Assembly (NCBI RefSeq): GCF_006345805.1
Contig: NC_043005.1
Coordinates: forward strand, 82,894,001-82,958,000
From: Octopus sinensis
Taxonomy: Eukaryota
Reading direction: 5' to 3'
Length of the DNA: 64,000 nt
The notes under the pieces were generated by a model that was not told the DNA's origin, did no database searches, and saw only the letters and a list, made by a program, of their open reading frames with translations. Both the position numbers and the translations under genes were made by a program. Shown piece after piece: positions 1 to 11,342 of the stretch (within the stretch, counting starts at the first letter, position 1; every line of letters starts with the position of its first letter).

Positions 1-95
1 AGTTCAAATTCCAACGAGGTTGACTGTTTTTCATCCATTTGTAATCGATAAAATAAATAATAGTTGATGGCTGGGGTCGATATAAACGACTTACT
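1..95 (+). mobile_element. SINE family A, partial (B-box and body; cut by window edge)
   Basis: AGTTCAAATTCC B-box followed by the GAGGTTGAC..TTCATCC..GGGGTCGAT body seen in intact copies such as 11343. Confidence 0.7.
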
Positions 96-916
96 TTATT
101 ACTATATTTGAACCTAATATATTTCTGTGTGACTATTCTTAGATAACTAGTCGAGAAGTATACGGCGAAGAGTTAAGTCTCTTAATTCTGGTTTCCGAGA
201 TAGATGCCCAATGATAATATTCAGAACAATAATTGAAAGAGCAACTATGATAATAGCTATTGCTCCTAGAAAAGATTCAATTTAAGAGGTGACAAAATTG
301 TAATTAGATTACTAAATTTCACATAGAATTTGTCTGAGATAAACATTTCCAAGCAGCAATGCTTCCCCAGTAGTTTAACCGATAGCAGTGAATTTAAGAT
401 ATTAAGCGATCAATTCGTGTTCGTGTAGTCCACGTAGATTTTCTTAACCTTCAGAAAATAAACAAAGCAAGAAGCAAAACACACATTAATGCAACCTATT
501 AATAATTTCTATCGCTGTTGGTTGTCTAAAGCAAGCGAGTGAAGTCGAGCAAAAGACATAGATTACGTAGTTACCTTTCATAAAACGCAACGTAAACCAA
601 TGATGTGTATTTCATTAGCTTTATGGTCTAATAAAGGAGTTAAATTGAAAACGATAACTAGCAACATACAGATTAAGCGGACGTAACACTGGTGCGGAAA
701 ATAAAACAAATAATCGGCCTTACGGTTTCATTTTCCATGTATAGTAATAATGTTACTGTCATAAACATGATTATTATTTTGTTTCTGCGGTCATACTAGA
801 GCACCACCTATGCGAGTACTAACTAATTGTATTGTTATATGCAACGTGTAACAAAACCGGAGGCTCACGTTTTGAATTCTCTGAAGTAACAGCAGAGATC
901 CGCATTGACTCGAGTT

Positions 917-1108
917 ACATGCATACATACATACATACATACATACATACATACATACATACATACATACATACGTACGTACGTACATACATACATAAAT
1001 ACATACATACATACATACATACATACATACATACATACATACATACATACATACATACATACATACATACATACATACATACATACATACATACATACAT
1101 ACATACAT
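917..1108. repeat. (TACA)n microsatellite
   Basis: Near-perfect tetranucleotide array; explains the HTYI/MYVC ORFs. Confidence 0.98.
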
Positions 1109-1189
1109 GCATGAGCTAAATATTGCCAACAAATGTACATCCTCAGTAGACATGCACGGTATTCCATACGCCAGACGATGTCCAAGTGA

Positions 1190-1300
1190 TCACATGAAAT
1201 GAAGCGTTTTCCTCAGGAACACACTTCCAGGTGTGGGAATCGAAACCACCAACTCGCAATCGTGGGTGCAACGCCTTAACAACTAAGCCACGTGCTCTCC
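1190..1300 (-). mobile_element. SINE family C, head fragment
   Basis: Reverse complement of the tRNA-like head and core of the copy at 1660. Confidence 0.65.
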
Positions 1301-1659
1301 CATACAGCTCATGTACAGCAATTGGTTGAGTAACTTTCTCGGACACGAGAAGCTACCAATCACATACATATGTTCATATGTGTATGAACTTATGTACGAT
1401 TGTATGTATCTATATTAACATGATAAAGAAAACTGGATGATCACAGACTTTCTTTGAAAGTGTTATCCTGGTGGTAAGCAACAGCAATAACCACAACAGC
1501 AATTGTCCTGTCCAATTGAATGAACTGCTGAATTTAGCACCGATAATTCGCTTAACTCAAGCTCAGGTATTGTAAGCATGTTAGTTAAGGTTATCCTTCA
1601 GATGGCTTCAAGGTGGAAATTTTTCTTTCAGAAATTACCTTGGGTCAACTTGGCCAGCT

Positions 1660-1970
1660 TGGGTGCATGGTTTAGTGGTTAGTTTATTCGGCTCACGATC
1701 GTAAAGTCTTGAGCTCGATTCTCGGCGTTGTGTCCTTGAGCAAGACACTTCATTTCATGTTTCTCCAGTCCACTCACCTGGCGAAAATAAGTTGTACCAG
1801 TTATCCAAACGGTCAGCTTTGTCAGACTGTGAGACGCTGAATGTCCCCAAGGACTACGTTAAGGGCATGTCTGCGGAGTGTTCAGCCACTTGCACGTAAA
1901 TTTCAGGATTAGGTTGTTCAGTTGACGATATCAACTAGTACACTCATCGTCGCAACCGACGGAGAGCCAG
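1660..1970 (+). mobile_element. tRNA-derived SINE family C, near full length
   Basis: A-box-like TGGTTTAGTGG, B-box-like GAGCTCGATTCT, core TGTGTCCTTGAGCAAGACACTT, followed by a (CAA)n run; related copies elsewhere in the window. Confidence 0.8.
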
Positions 1971-4159
1971 GCCCACCTGCGACTAAACAACAACAACAAC
2001 AACAGTCGGTTTGTTAAATATAAATCGAGTTTTGTGATTTGATTGATTAATAATCTCTTCTTTCCCATTTCCTGCGTTTCCAATTTCTCATAAATTCGAA
2101 TATAAATGCACCGAAACTAAAATCGGAACACTGTGACATCAGTGAGGATTTCGTCTCCATGCAGTACTCTAATGTGTATAGAACAGAGAAGCCACTCATT
2201 CCGGAAACCTTTTGTTGCATTTTACTACAAAGAAATAATAAAAACGACGTATAAAGTCGGTGAATCTTTTCAGCAGGGAATCAAACCTGCACCGCAAACT
2301 CCATTTAGAAACTCAGAGACATTTTAAAGGATTATAAATATTTATTAATCTCATGCATTATTCCTAAACAGAGTTAGTCGTAGTAGCTGTTGCTGTTATT
2401 GTTGTCATAGATTGTTGTTTATTGTTGTGTTTGTTTCACCGATCAGTTCTGTATGAGGAGACATATGACCAAAGAGATTCCAGCCACGACTATCTCTTCT
2501 TGGTACATATCTTAGATATATTTGTCAACGTGTCCTCCCTTATTAAAAATAGTGAGTTTTGAATGGATGGAATTTGATTGTTATTTCTAGCAAATATATT
2601 AATCACTTAGTATTTTCCCTCATTTGTTTCATTTTTAGTGATGACAGATATCGATCATTGATTAATCCATCCCAATGACTTCGGATGGTTGGAATTTGGT
2701 ATATTAGAAAAAAACGGCATCAGAAGAGGTGGAAAATATTTACGATTGATTTGAATCAACCCTGACCGAAACATAAGCTATTTTTACCCACTGTCTTTAA
2801 ATACTCCATCCACTCTCATCAGCAGATGAACCTATCAACTTTGTTGTTTTTTATATTTCGGCTAGTTGATAATATTGGAGTTGTGTTCCTTTCCTCTTAT
2901 TTTTTTATGGAATTCTGAACACCATTCTACAAATGTTCTCGAAATTTCGATTCTAGAATAGAGTAGAGAAAACAACTTGATAGAGGAATGCTAATAACAC
3001 AAATCCCACGGACATGTTGCACGTCTCACAGAGATCAGGTAGACCCGTGCAGCATTGGCATTCAAGGGAGTGGAAGAGAGCTATCGCAAGGCCTCACACA
3101 CAATGTTTAGATGACGTAGTTTAAAACTCGTTCTGAAATGAATGAGGTCACAATAAAAGGAAGTGCATTAATAACACCGATGTATAAAGGCATCTGATAG
3201 TCTGGAAGATAACGAGATAGAACGCTATTATATTTTTGGGATTATAAGTGTTGTATTTTTCATTTTTATCATGTATTGTTATGCATTGCCAATATTCGCC
3301 AATATTGCAAAACTGTGTAATACACTGCACTCAACTTTCAATATCCACTTACAGAAATAGATATATGCTTAAAATTAAATATTTTTAATTAGATCTTTGG
3401 AAAAAATGGAGAATGGCTTACTGTCCATTACCTTGTTTGTGCTTTAATCTCTTCAATAATACAGATTGAAAATAAAAGAGAATTAATTACAATTAGCTCT
3501 AATGCATTTGCTACGAGTATTTTCTATTTTAGAGAACAAAAGCCAACAATGTTTCTATTTTTTATCCGTGAATTTAATATTCCTAAACTAATTTTCTAGA
3601 AAAACATCATAAATTTCAGGAGCCAAGTCAATATATAGTGTTTACTTTGTTTTTTCTATGAAGGGCATTAATTATTTATGTATAAAACATATGATTTACA
3701 ATATAGAACAATAAAAGTATTTGAGAAAAACAAGAGCACGTAATGATATATACCATATGTCAGTATTTATATTCTTTCACAATCTTTCACTTTAATTCCA
3801 TGAGAGTATATCCCATAAAATGAACATTTTTAAACAGTTAAAGTGTCTTTATTACTGCAATATTTGTGATATATATTTCATATAGGGTGTGCTTTAGATT
3901 TGGTGTGATATTTTACTTTCTCTTCCGAAAATACAAATTATAAGAGCAAGTTCGATTATGTTTATAATAGTTTTAAGCTACAGTTCATTTGTTTTCACAA
4001 ATCTGTAAAAGGAGATGCAGCGCTGACCTTAGCTTGATAGTGAAACTGGTTTGCTTGCTGTTCAGTTTAGACCTGTCTAATCATCTTTATATCTACGAGT
4101 TCCAATCGTAACTAATGACGTTCGGTGAAAGAGCTTCGGAGTGTCTTCTTTGCATTATG

Positions 4160-4375
4160 CATATTGCTTTCAAATTTTTGGTACAAGGCCAGTAAGCCCA
4201 AAGAGAAGTCAATAACATCGACGCCATTGCTCAACTAGGACATTTTTTATCACTTTCAAAAGGATGACAGGTGAAGTCGACCTCGGCGGAATTTGAACTC
4301 GAAACATAAAGAAGGACGAAAAGCCGCTAAGCATTTTCCCATGGTGCTAACGATTCCGCCAGATCGTCGCCGTTT
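4160..4375 (-). mobile_element. SINE family A
   Basis: GTCGACCTCGGCGGAATTTGAACTC...GCTAACGATTCCGCCAG is the reverse complement of the family A head. Confidence 0.85.
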
Positions 4376-4829
4376 TCACATGATATATAACAAAGTTATA
4401 CTACACTCTGACAATATACTAATAAATCTCATAAGGTAAACTAAAGTGGATTGTTGGATATATACTCATGAATATTGATCATGTTGTGTCCACTTTCTAA
4501 CTGGTGTGTAATTATAACACGTACCATAACCGGTTTTTTAAGCTTACCTTTAAAACACCCGAAGAAATAATTGATAAAGTAGAAACATCTCACCGGGACG
4601 TCACGATACACTAAGGTATTGCAGAGAATAGTCAGGGGTTTCGTGATAATTTGAATTTAAGTAACGCCATTTTCTAACGATGTCTAAGCCTGTGTTCTAA
4701 ACGAAGCAGAAATTACGGAGCGAGTGAGAAAACAGAATTAGGGTAGCAGATAATTTTCTTCTGCAGATTATATTTTGTATAGTTAGTCCAATTGCTCTAT
4801 AAGGACCATAGGTCCAGATTCACAGTTTC

Positions 4830-5025
4830 TCTTGTGTATGTGTTCCTCCCTGGAACAGGGTCACCGGTTCGTCGCATGATAACTCATTTTACCTGGTTTA
4901 TAAACTGGAGCAACGTGAAATGAAGTGTTTTGCTCAAAAATACAACGCATCGCTCGTTAAGGAATTGTAACCGCAAACTTACGATCATGAATACAACACA
5001 CTAACCACTAAGCCTTGTGCCGCTA
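4830..5025 (-). mobile_element. SINE family C, 5' part
   Basis: CTGGAGCAACGTGAAATGAAGTGTTTTGCTCAA...CTAACCACTAAGCC is the reverse complement of the 1660 copy. Confidence 0.75.
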
Positions 5026-5682
5026 CTGGAGTAAAATAGAGATGGCATGTCTTAAAGATGGGAAATGTAGTAATGGGATGATAGAAACGTTAGAAATTAT
5101 TGGAATTAGATTTACCAAAATTGCATTTTTTGTATGCAGAATCTCATGAAATTATTCAAAAATATCAGCCCATATTTATACATAGTTTAATTTTGTCATT
5201 AAAAATCGAAATAATATTTGTAACTGCTCGTTTATCAAGCCGTCAACTGTGCATCTAGATGTTCATTCGATCTGCTCGAAATAGTAGTCAAACCTCACTC
5301 ATCGCACACTATTATGTTACAGGCTGGGGTCGTATCGATCGATGTATAGTGTTTTCATAAGAAATAGTCGACATCATAATCATGGCTAAAATGACATTTG
5401 CCGTTGGTCTAATTGATCACAGCTGACTTGGGGTTAGATAAAAACTTATTGATTAATACATCATATTTATCGACTGATCATTTGATCATCTTTTTTTCAG
5501 TTGATCTGATGGTGCAAGCGATTATCAACTGATTGATGTGATTTCCTGCTCCAGTTTTAAAGTTGTATTCATCGTGACGCTAAATGTTAAGTGAGCCGGG
5601 GACGAAAATATTTAACCTCGGCATTACGATCTAAAAAGCTATTTGTCAATGATACATTCGTTTTGATATTTACTCACTAATT

Positions 5683-5890
5683 AAGGTGGCGAGCTTCCAC
5701 GACGGGTAAAATGCTTAGCGGCATTTTGCCAGCCTTAACGTTGTGAGTTCAAATTCCGCCGAGGTTAACTTTGTCCTTCATCCTCTCGGAACTGATAAAA
5801 ATAAGCACCAGTTTAGTAATGGGGGCCGATGTAATCGGCTTACCTCCTCTACCGAAACTGTTGGCATTTTGCCAAAATTTGAAACCGATA
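5683..5890 (+). mobile_element. SINE family A
   Basis: AAGGTGGCGAGC head, GAGTTCAAATTCCGCCGAGG B-box, GATGTAATCG body. Confidence 0.85.
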
Positions 5891-6882
5891 TTTACAAACT
5901 AATTGCAGTGTAAATAACGATATGAAGAATTTGCTCGAATTCACAAGCAAGTGTCTCTCTAAGCGCATCTTACAGTTTTAACAATGAAAAAGACAAGTTG
6001 GATAATGTAATACTAGATATTCTAGGTCATCAAAAAAGATAGAGTAGTTATGATGCTAATACAAGAATTGACTTCATGCTTAAAAACATAAAGCAACCCA
6101 AAGAAACTGGTTATTTATGTTACATATGTATTACATATATAAACCAGTTCCATATAGAATGGTAACGATGAAGCAGAACTGGCTTTCAAAACTGAATTGT
6201 TCAACGCAAACAGAAATTACTAATTGGATGGTATAATGCAATTTTCAGGTCATTAATTTCGAGACTAAATCTCTTAATATTTTCATCTACACTATGGATC
6301 AACAGAACCTGTGGCTCTCCATCTCAGATCATATCACAATATCTTGAAAGTACAGTGTTTATATTGCATAACGGAGAGCAGAGTTTATTACATCTGAAAA
6401 ATGTCAGATAGTTCCCACCTGAATACCCTTGATTTAAAATCTAATCGGTTGTCAAACATATGGTGCTTGTTTAATCCATAGGATTTGCTTGAACTGTGCA
6501 TACTATTTTAGATCAACATTGACACTCCCAGAGATTAGATTTTGCGACTCAGTTCTGAAATCTGATTTCGAAATCTGTTGAACTGTAGTAAATACTTGGC
6601 TAGTAGTGTCTAACATCCATTAAGATGTAATTCATGGTTGGTCACTTTCTTATATAAGCCAAATCATGTGAGGAAGGATGACGTCTTTGGAGGACTCAAA
6701 ACACATTATTTATTAAGTTTTCAATGCCATCATTCTGCAGGACATATTATTGAGAAGAGGTATTTATGTGGTATTTATGGTAAAAACAGCAGCTCATCAT
6801 CTGAGGTACAGGGTCATCTTTGCTATGCAGTTCATTAGCAAGCAATGTTCATACTCAAGGTTTATTAATCTAAACTCTATTA

Positions 6883-6916
<34 letters not shown>

Positions 6917-6918
<2 letters not shown>

Positions 6919-8017
6919 TCGGCTCCGGCTCACATTCGAGCATCCAGTCTCCTCTCCAGATGTCTGTCCCGAATGTAGCTTTGGCGTCCAAGTCGTTGGT
7001 GAAAGAGTCGTGGGCAGAATTTGCGCAGGAGGGTCGATGCGAATCGAGGATGTTGAAGACGCTCCTTTCTTCTCCAGCGTTTTACTTATCCATGGCAATA
7101 TGTTCCCATGAGGATGGCTGGAGGATAGGTTGAGCCAGGTTCCGTTTAAGCTGGTCTTTAAAACGGAAGTTTGGGCCTCCTCTGAGTCTTGTTCCGATTG
7201 CAAGTTCTCCGAAGAGCATGATCCTCGGGAGACAAGAGGGTTCCATACACTGGACGTGAGACGAAGGCGAAGAATCGTAGCTTCAACGCTTGGTAGTGAG
7301 GCGCGGCGAAGAACCTCATTGTTGTTAATGTGATCTTCCCATCGAATATTGAGGGACTACCGTAGCATGGATTGCTGAAAGCATTCAAGGCGCTTGAAGC
7401 CACGGTGGTACAGCGTCCAAGTCTCACAAGCGTATAGAAGAGTTGATAGGACAATGACAAGGAAGACTATGATATTTATCCAGACCCGCGTGATTGTAGA
7501 ATACACGTCTGCTGAGTCTACCGAAGGCGGAGTGGCTTCTCCAAGTTTTTTTCACACTTGGGGCTCATCGGATTAATACATGCAAGGTATGAGAGGTGCT
7601 CAATTTCTAGAGGTTGGCCGTTGATGCTAATGTTCGAGGGTTCACTGTTCTAGCCTGGTGCAGGTTGATTCAGGGTTTTGCTCTTTAATATGTTTACCTG
7701 CATCCCGAAGCGTTCATAAGCCGCGTTGTAAAGAATGGCCGTCTTTTGTAGGCCCTCTACGGCATCTCATGAACAAGGATGGTGGAGGTCCTCGGTTTTG
7801 CGCGAAAACGTGCGAGATTGAAGAGTCTGCAATCCAACCGTTAGCGCATGTTCATGGAAGACGAGTCCAGTGGGATTTCGTTGAACATGGCGGCCATGTA
7901 CAAAGAGAAACAGATTGGTGCCAGAATGCATCCTTGCTTAAGTCTCTGAGTGATGGGAAACTGGTATGTACGGGCATTTTGACGACATACCCAACCCACC
8001 ATGCCGTCGTGAAGGGA
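6917..8017 (-). mobile_element. RTE-clade (BovB-like) LINE, 5'-truncated decayed ORF fragment (RT to C-terminus)
   Basis: Minus-strand translation gives SLHDGMVG..FPITQRLKQGCILAPICFSL, RLFNLARFRAK, LLYACETWTLY, NIRWEDHINNNEVLRRA and GGPNFRFKDQLKRNL, which are RTE RT and C-terminal motifs; stops and frameshifts present; ends in (TA)n. Confidence 0.9.
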
Positions 8018-8445
8018 GCGCAGGAGTGGCTGTGTGGTAAGTAGCTTGCTTACCAACCACATGGTTCCGGGTTCAGTCCCACTGCATGGCACCTTGGACA
8101 AGTGTCTTCTACTATAGCCTCGGGCCGACCGAAGCCTTGTGAGTGGATTTGGTAGACGGAAACTGAAAGAAGCCCGTCGCATATATGTATTTATATATAT
8201 ATATATATATGTGCGTGTGTGTTTGTGTGTCTGTGTTTGTCCCCCTAGTATTGCTTGACAACCGATGCTGGTGTGTTTATGTCCCCGTCACATAGCGGTT
8301 CGGCAAAAGAGACCGATAGGATAAGTACTGGGCTTACAACGAATAAGTCCCGGGTCGAGTTGCTCGATTAAAGGTGGTGCTCCAGCATGGCCGCAGTGAA
8401 ATGACTGAAACAAGTAAAATAGTAAAAGAGTAAAAGAGTAAAGAG
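8016..8445 (+). mobile_element. tRNA-derived CORE-like SINE family B, full length
   Basis: GCAGGAGTGGCTGTGTGGT A-box, GGTTCAGTCCC B-box, CORE-like ACCTTGGACAAGTGTCTT, internal (TA)/(TG) run, tail GGTGCTCCAGCATGGCCGCAG..GAAACAAGT(AAAAGAGT)n; very similar to 33391. Confidence 0.9.
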
Positions 8446-8486
<41 letters not shown>

Positions 8487-8492
<6 letters not shown>

Positions 8493-9205
8493 ATAGTTAT
8501 CGCCATACTAATATGGCATTCTTATAAAAATAAGAAAAAAAGCTGTCCGCTTATTAGCTCCATGAGGCCATCGCCTTAAGTTAGCTATTTGATACACAAA
8601 CTGTATCCATATAACCTTCGAACAAGGGAGGTCAGTCACTCCACACTACTTGGCCGGCAGCTACAGACGCGTTTCGGGGTATTGCCCCTTTTCAATGCAG
8701 CGTAGCCAGCCAGTAGGTGTCGCTTCCGACAATCTCTGTTCGATGGTTTTATTTACCTAGTTTCGGTGGAATACATCCACTTGTTTTCAATAGTAGAAAT
8801 ATTAAAATAACTAAGTCTCTCTAAAAGAGAACAGCGGCAGCGTTCCCGGAAAATAATAGTTATCGCCATACTAATATGGCATTCTTATAAAAATAAGAAA
8901 AAAGCTGTCCGCTTATTAGCTCCATGAGGTCATCGCCTTAAGTTAGCTATTTGATACACAAACTGTATCCATATAACCTTCGAACAAGGGAGGTCAGTCG
9001 CTCCACACTACTTGACCGAAGGTTATATGGATACAGTTTGTGTATCAAATAGCTAACTTAAGGCGATGGCCTCATGGAGCTAATAAGCGGACAGCTTTTT
9101 TCTTATTTTTATAAGAATGCCATATTAGTATGGCGATAACTATTATATTCCGGGAACGCTGCCGCTGTTCTCTTTTAGAGAGACTTAGTTATTTTAATAT
9201 TTCTA
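8487..9205 (-). mobile_element. Non-coding hammerhead-bearing element (retrozyme-like or Penelope pLTR-like): tandem ~362 bp unit plus inverted arm
   Basis: 8487-8655 is repeated at 8850-9017 (offset 362-363); 9017-9205 is the reverse complement of 8794-8982; (TA)n on both flanks; hammerhead inside the unit. Confidence 0.8.
8651..8712 (-). ncRNA. Type I hammerhead ribozyme, U3-A8 core variant, palindromic helix III
   Basis: Minus strand reads UGGCUGGC UAC GCUGCA UUGAAAA GGGG-CAAUA-CCCC GAAA CGCG UC UGUAGC U GCCGGCCA: helix I of 6 bp plus 8 bp around a 3x1 internal loop, helix II of 4 bp, predicted cleavage after UC (between 8666 and 8665). Confidence 0.8.
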
Positions 9206-9249
9206 TTATATATATATATATATATATAATATATATATATATACGTACG

Positions 9250-9385
9250 ATAGGTCCTTTCAATTCCCGTCTACCAAATCCACTCAAAAAGCTTTCGTCG
9301 GCAAGTGGCTATAGTAGAAGACATCCAGGAAATGTGCTACGCAGTTGAACTGAACTCGGAAACATGTTGTTGGAAGGACTTATTA
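9250..9385 (-). mobile_element. SINE family B, 5' module only, diverged
   Basis: CCCGTCTACCAAATCCACTCA...GGCTATAGTAGAAGACA is the reverse complement of the family B first module. Confidence 0.75.
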
Positions 9386-9413
9386 GTTGATTGGTATTAA
9401 TATGTATATACTG

Positions 9414-9471
<58 letters not shown>

Positions 9472-9498
9472 TATATATATATATATATATATACATAC

Positions 9499-9553
<55 letters not shown>

Positions 9554-10339
9554 TAGTTCTTTTGTTTAGTTTTGATTTTTTGCATGATGTTCAAGTAAAT
9601 AACGCCTCCAAAACTTGACCACTATTTTACCACAAAATCATATTTGTCCATATTTATTAAATGAAAAGTTACGATTACTGCCGCACTTGCTTGTATTCTC
9701 TGTAATTTGTACTTGCAACCTAATTTGTACTCTCTTTAGTGCTGGAACTACCTTGACAATCATATGGACCTCAGATTCTATCGTGTGAATTAGGTAATAT
9801 CCCTTCTTCACTGAACAGAGTGCCAATCTATTACAAGTAACAATGACAGATCTTCTGCTACTATCTAACTTGGCAATGAAATAATGGATAGTTCTGACTT
9901 TGAGTTGAAAACCCTGCAGAGGAATTGAAACCCTTAATTATGTACAAGTATCATTAACGTAATCCATATCCCCATTATGCTTCCAATCAGACGTATTTCT
10001 GTTCGGTGACAATTTCTAACAGATTTTCCTTTTTTTTTTAAATGCTAGTTCTATGTTTTGTGCGCGTTGCATCATTTCGCATGAACTAAATTCAATATAT
10101 TTAGTGTCACATAATACATAACGCCAAATCATATCCTAAAAGCTTTTAGCAAAACTCATTAGTAAAATCATGTATTAGCACGCCCCTCAAAAAATAAATG
10201 TAGTAAATAAACATGATATACATTGCGATATTGTTTATATTTTGTATTCCACGTTATCACTAGAAATATATCAATAATATTAATATAATAAACTGATGGA
10301 ATCGGTAGAGTGCCGATTTAAACTTGCTCTTAAATTATC

Positions 10340-10353
10340 ATCATCATCATTAC

Positions 10354-10406
<53 letters not shown>
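10340..10406. repeat. (ATT)n microsatellite; further ATT/GTT arrays at 10548-10694 and 11155-11342
   Basis: Direct inspection. Confidence 0.97.
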
Positions 10407-10408
<2 letters not shown>

Positions 10409-10545
10409 TAGTTTTATTTTTATTGCGTGCTTTCACTTCACTACCGAGCGCAGCTCTGTGTGCCTTGGGTATGTGCTGTGATTTGTTGTGATGCTCTAAT
10501 GTTTATTGTATGGAAAGTGTTGGTATTGGATGGTATTGTATGGAA

Positions 10546-10548
<3 letters not shown>
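10407..10548 (-). mobile_element. R4/Dong-like LINE extreme 3' end inserted in (TAA)n
   Basis: Minus strand encodes TLSIQ-stop, like the Dong C-terminus G.AHILRK.LS; a short UTR runs directly into TAA repeats; TAA arrays on both sides. Confidence 0.55.
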
Positions 10549-10618
<70 letters not shown>

Positions 10619-10644
10619 CATTATTATTATTATTGTTATTGCTA

Positions 10645-10694
<50 letters not shown>

Positions 10695-11155
10695 GAGTGA
10701 GAGAGCAGTGCATGTCATCAAACTGACACTGGGGTAAAATACACGAAGCCCAGTATACCCATCATAACTACTCGTCTCATAAGGGTACACCAGACACATA
10801 CATCACAATCATATGTGCGAAACATGATTTCATATCAAGATAAACAGCACATGACAGTTGCAAGTGGGACCCAGTTAGAATTTTCTGCAGGTCGAGTAGC
10901 CCATACCACTCAAATGGTCCCTGAATAAGGGTTTTTAAGAACGTTGAACGAAACACCCATATTTCCGGAGGTGAATTATTCAAACCCCAAAGAATTTCTC
11001 TCAACACATGGGCATGATGCTCCCCAACTACTTCTACTCGTGACAAGAGATGCGCATATCGTCAACCACTAAGGGACATGCGCAAATGGTTATGGTCAAA
11101 CAACTGACAAGCAAATCTGTGGTATTGAGCCAAATATTTGCTGTAGTCCATCTTT
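10695..11155 (-). mobile_element. Non-coding dispersed repeat embedded in (TAA)n, copy 1
   Basis: Collinear diverged copy at 20645-21120; flanked by ATT arrays; strand inferred from TAA-tail orientation. Confidence 0.7.
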
Positions 11156-11198
11156 ATTATTATTGTTCTTATTTATGTTAATATTAATATTATTATTC

Positions 11199-11238
<40 letters not shown>

Positions 11239-11306
11239 CATTATTATTGTTGTTGTTGTTGTTGTTATTGTTATTATTGTTGTTATTATTGTTGTTGTTG
11301 TTGTTG

Positions 11307-11341
<35 letters not shown>

Positions 11342-11342
11342 T

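Noticed and set aside
790-916. Sequence before the first TACA array as another R4-like 3' UTR
   Set aside because: Only short seed matches (AACCGG, GAGTTA) to 18770-18874; not alignable.
791-1185. ORFs with MYVC/HTYI repeats, and similar YI, poly-N, poly-I, poly-L and poly-M ORFs throughout
   Set aside because: They are translations of TACA, TA, ATT and GAT microsatellites with no coding evidence.
6400-6480. Possible Tc1/mariner SPDLNPIE motif
   Set aside because: Needs several indels to fit and no other transposase motifs are recognisable.
7658-8044. Plus-strand 128 aa ORF and neighbouring ORFs as host genes
   Set aside because: They are antisense or off-frame readings of the RTE LINE fragment.
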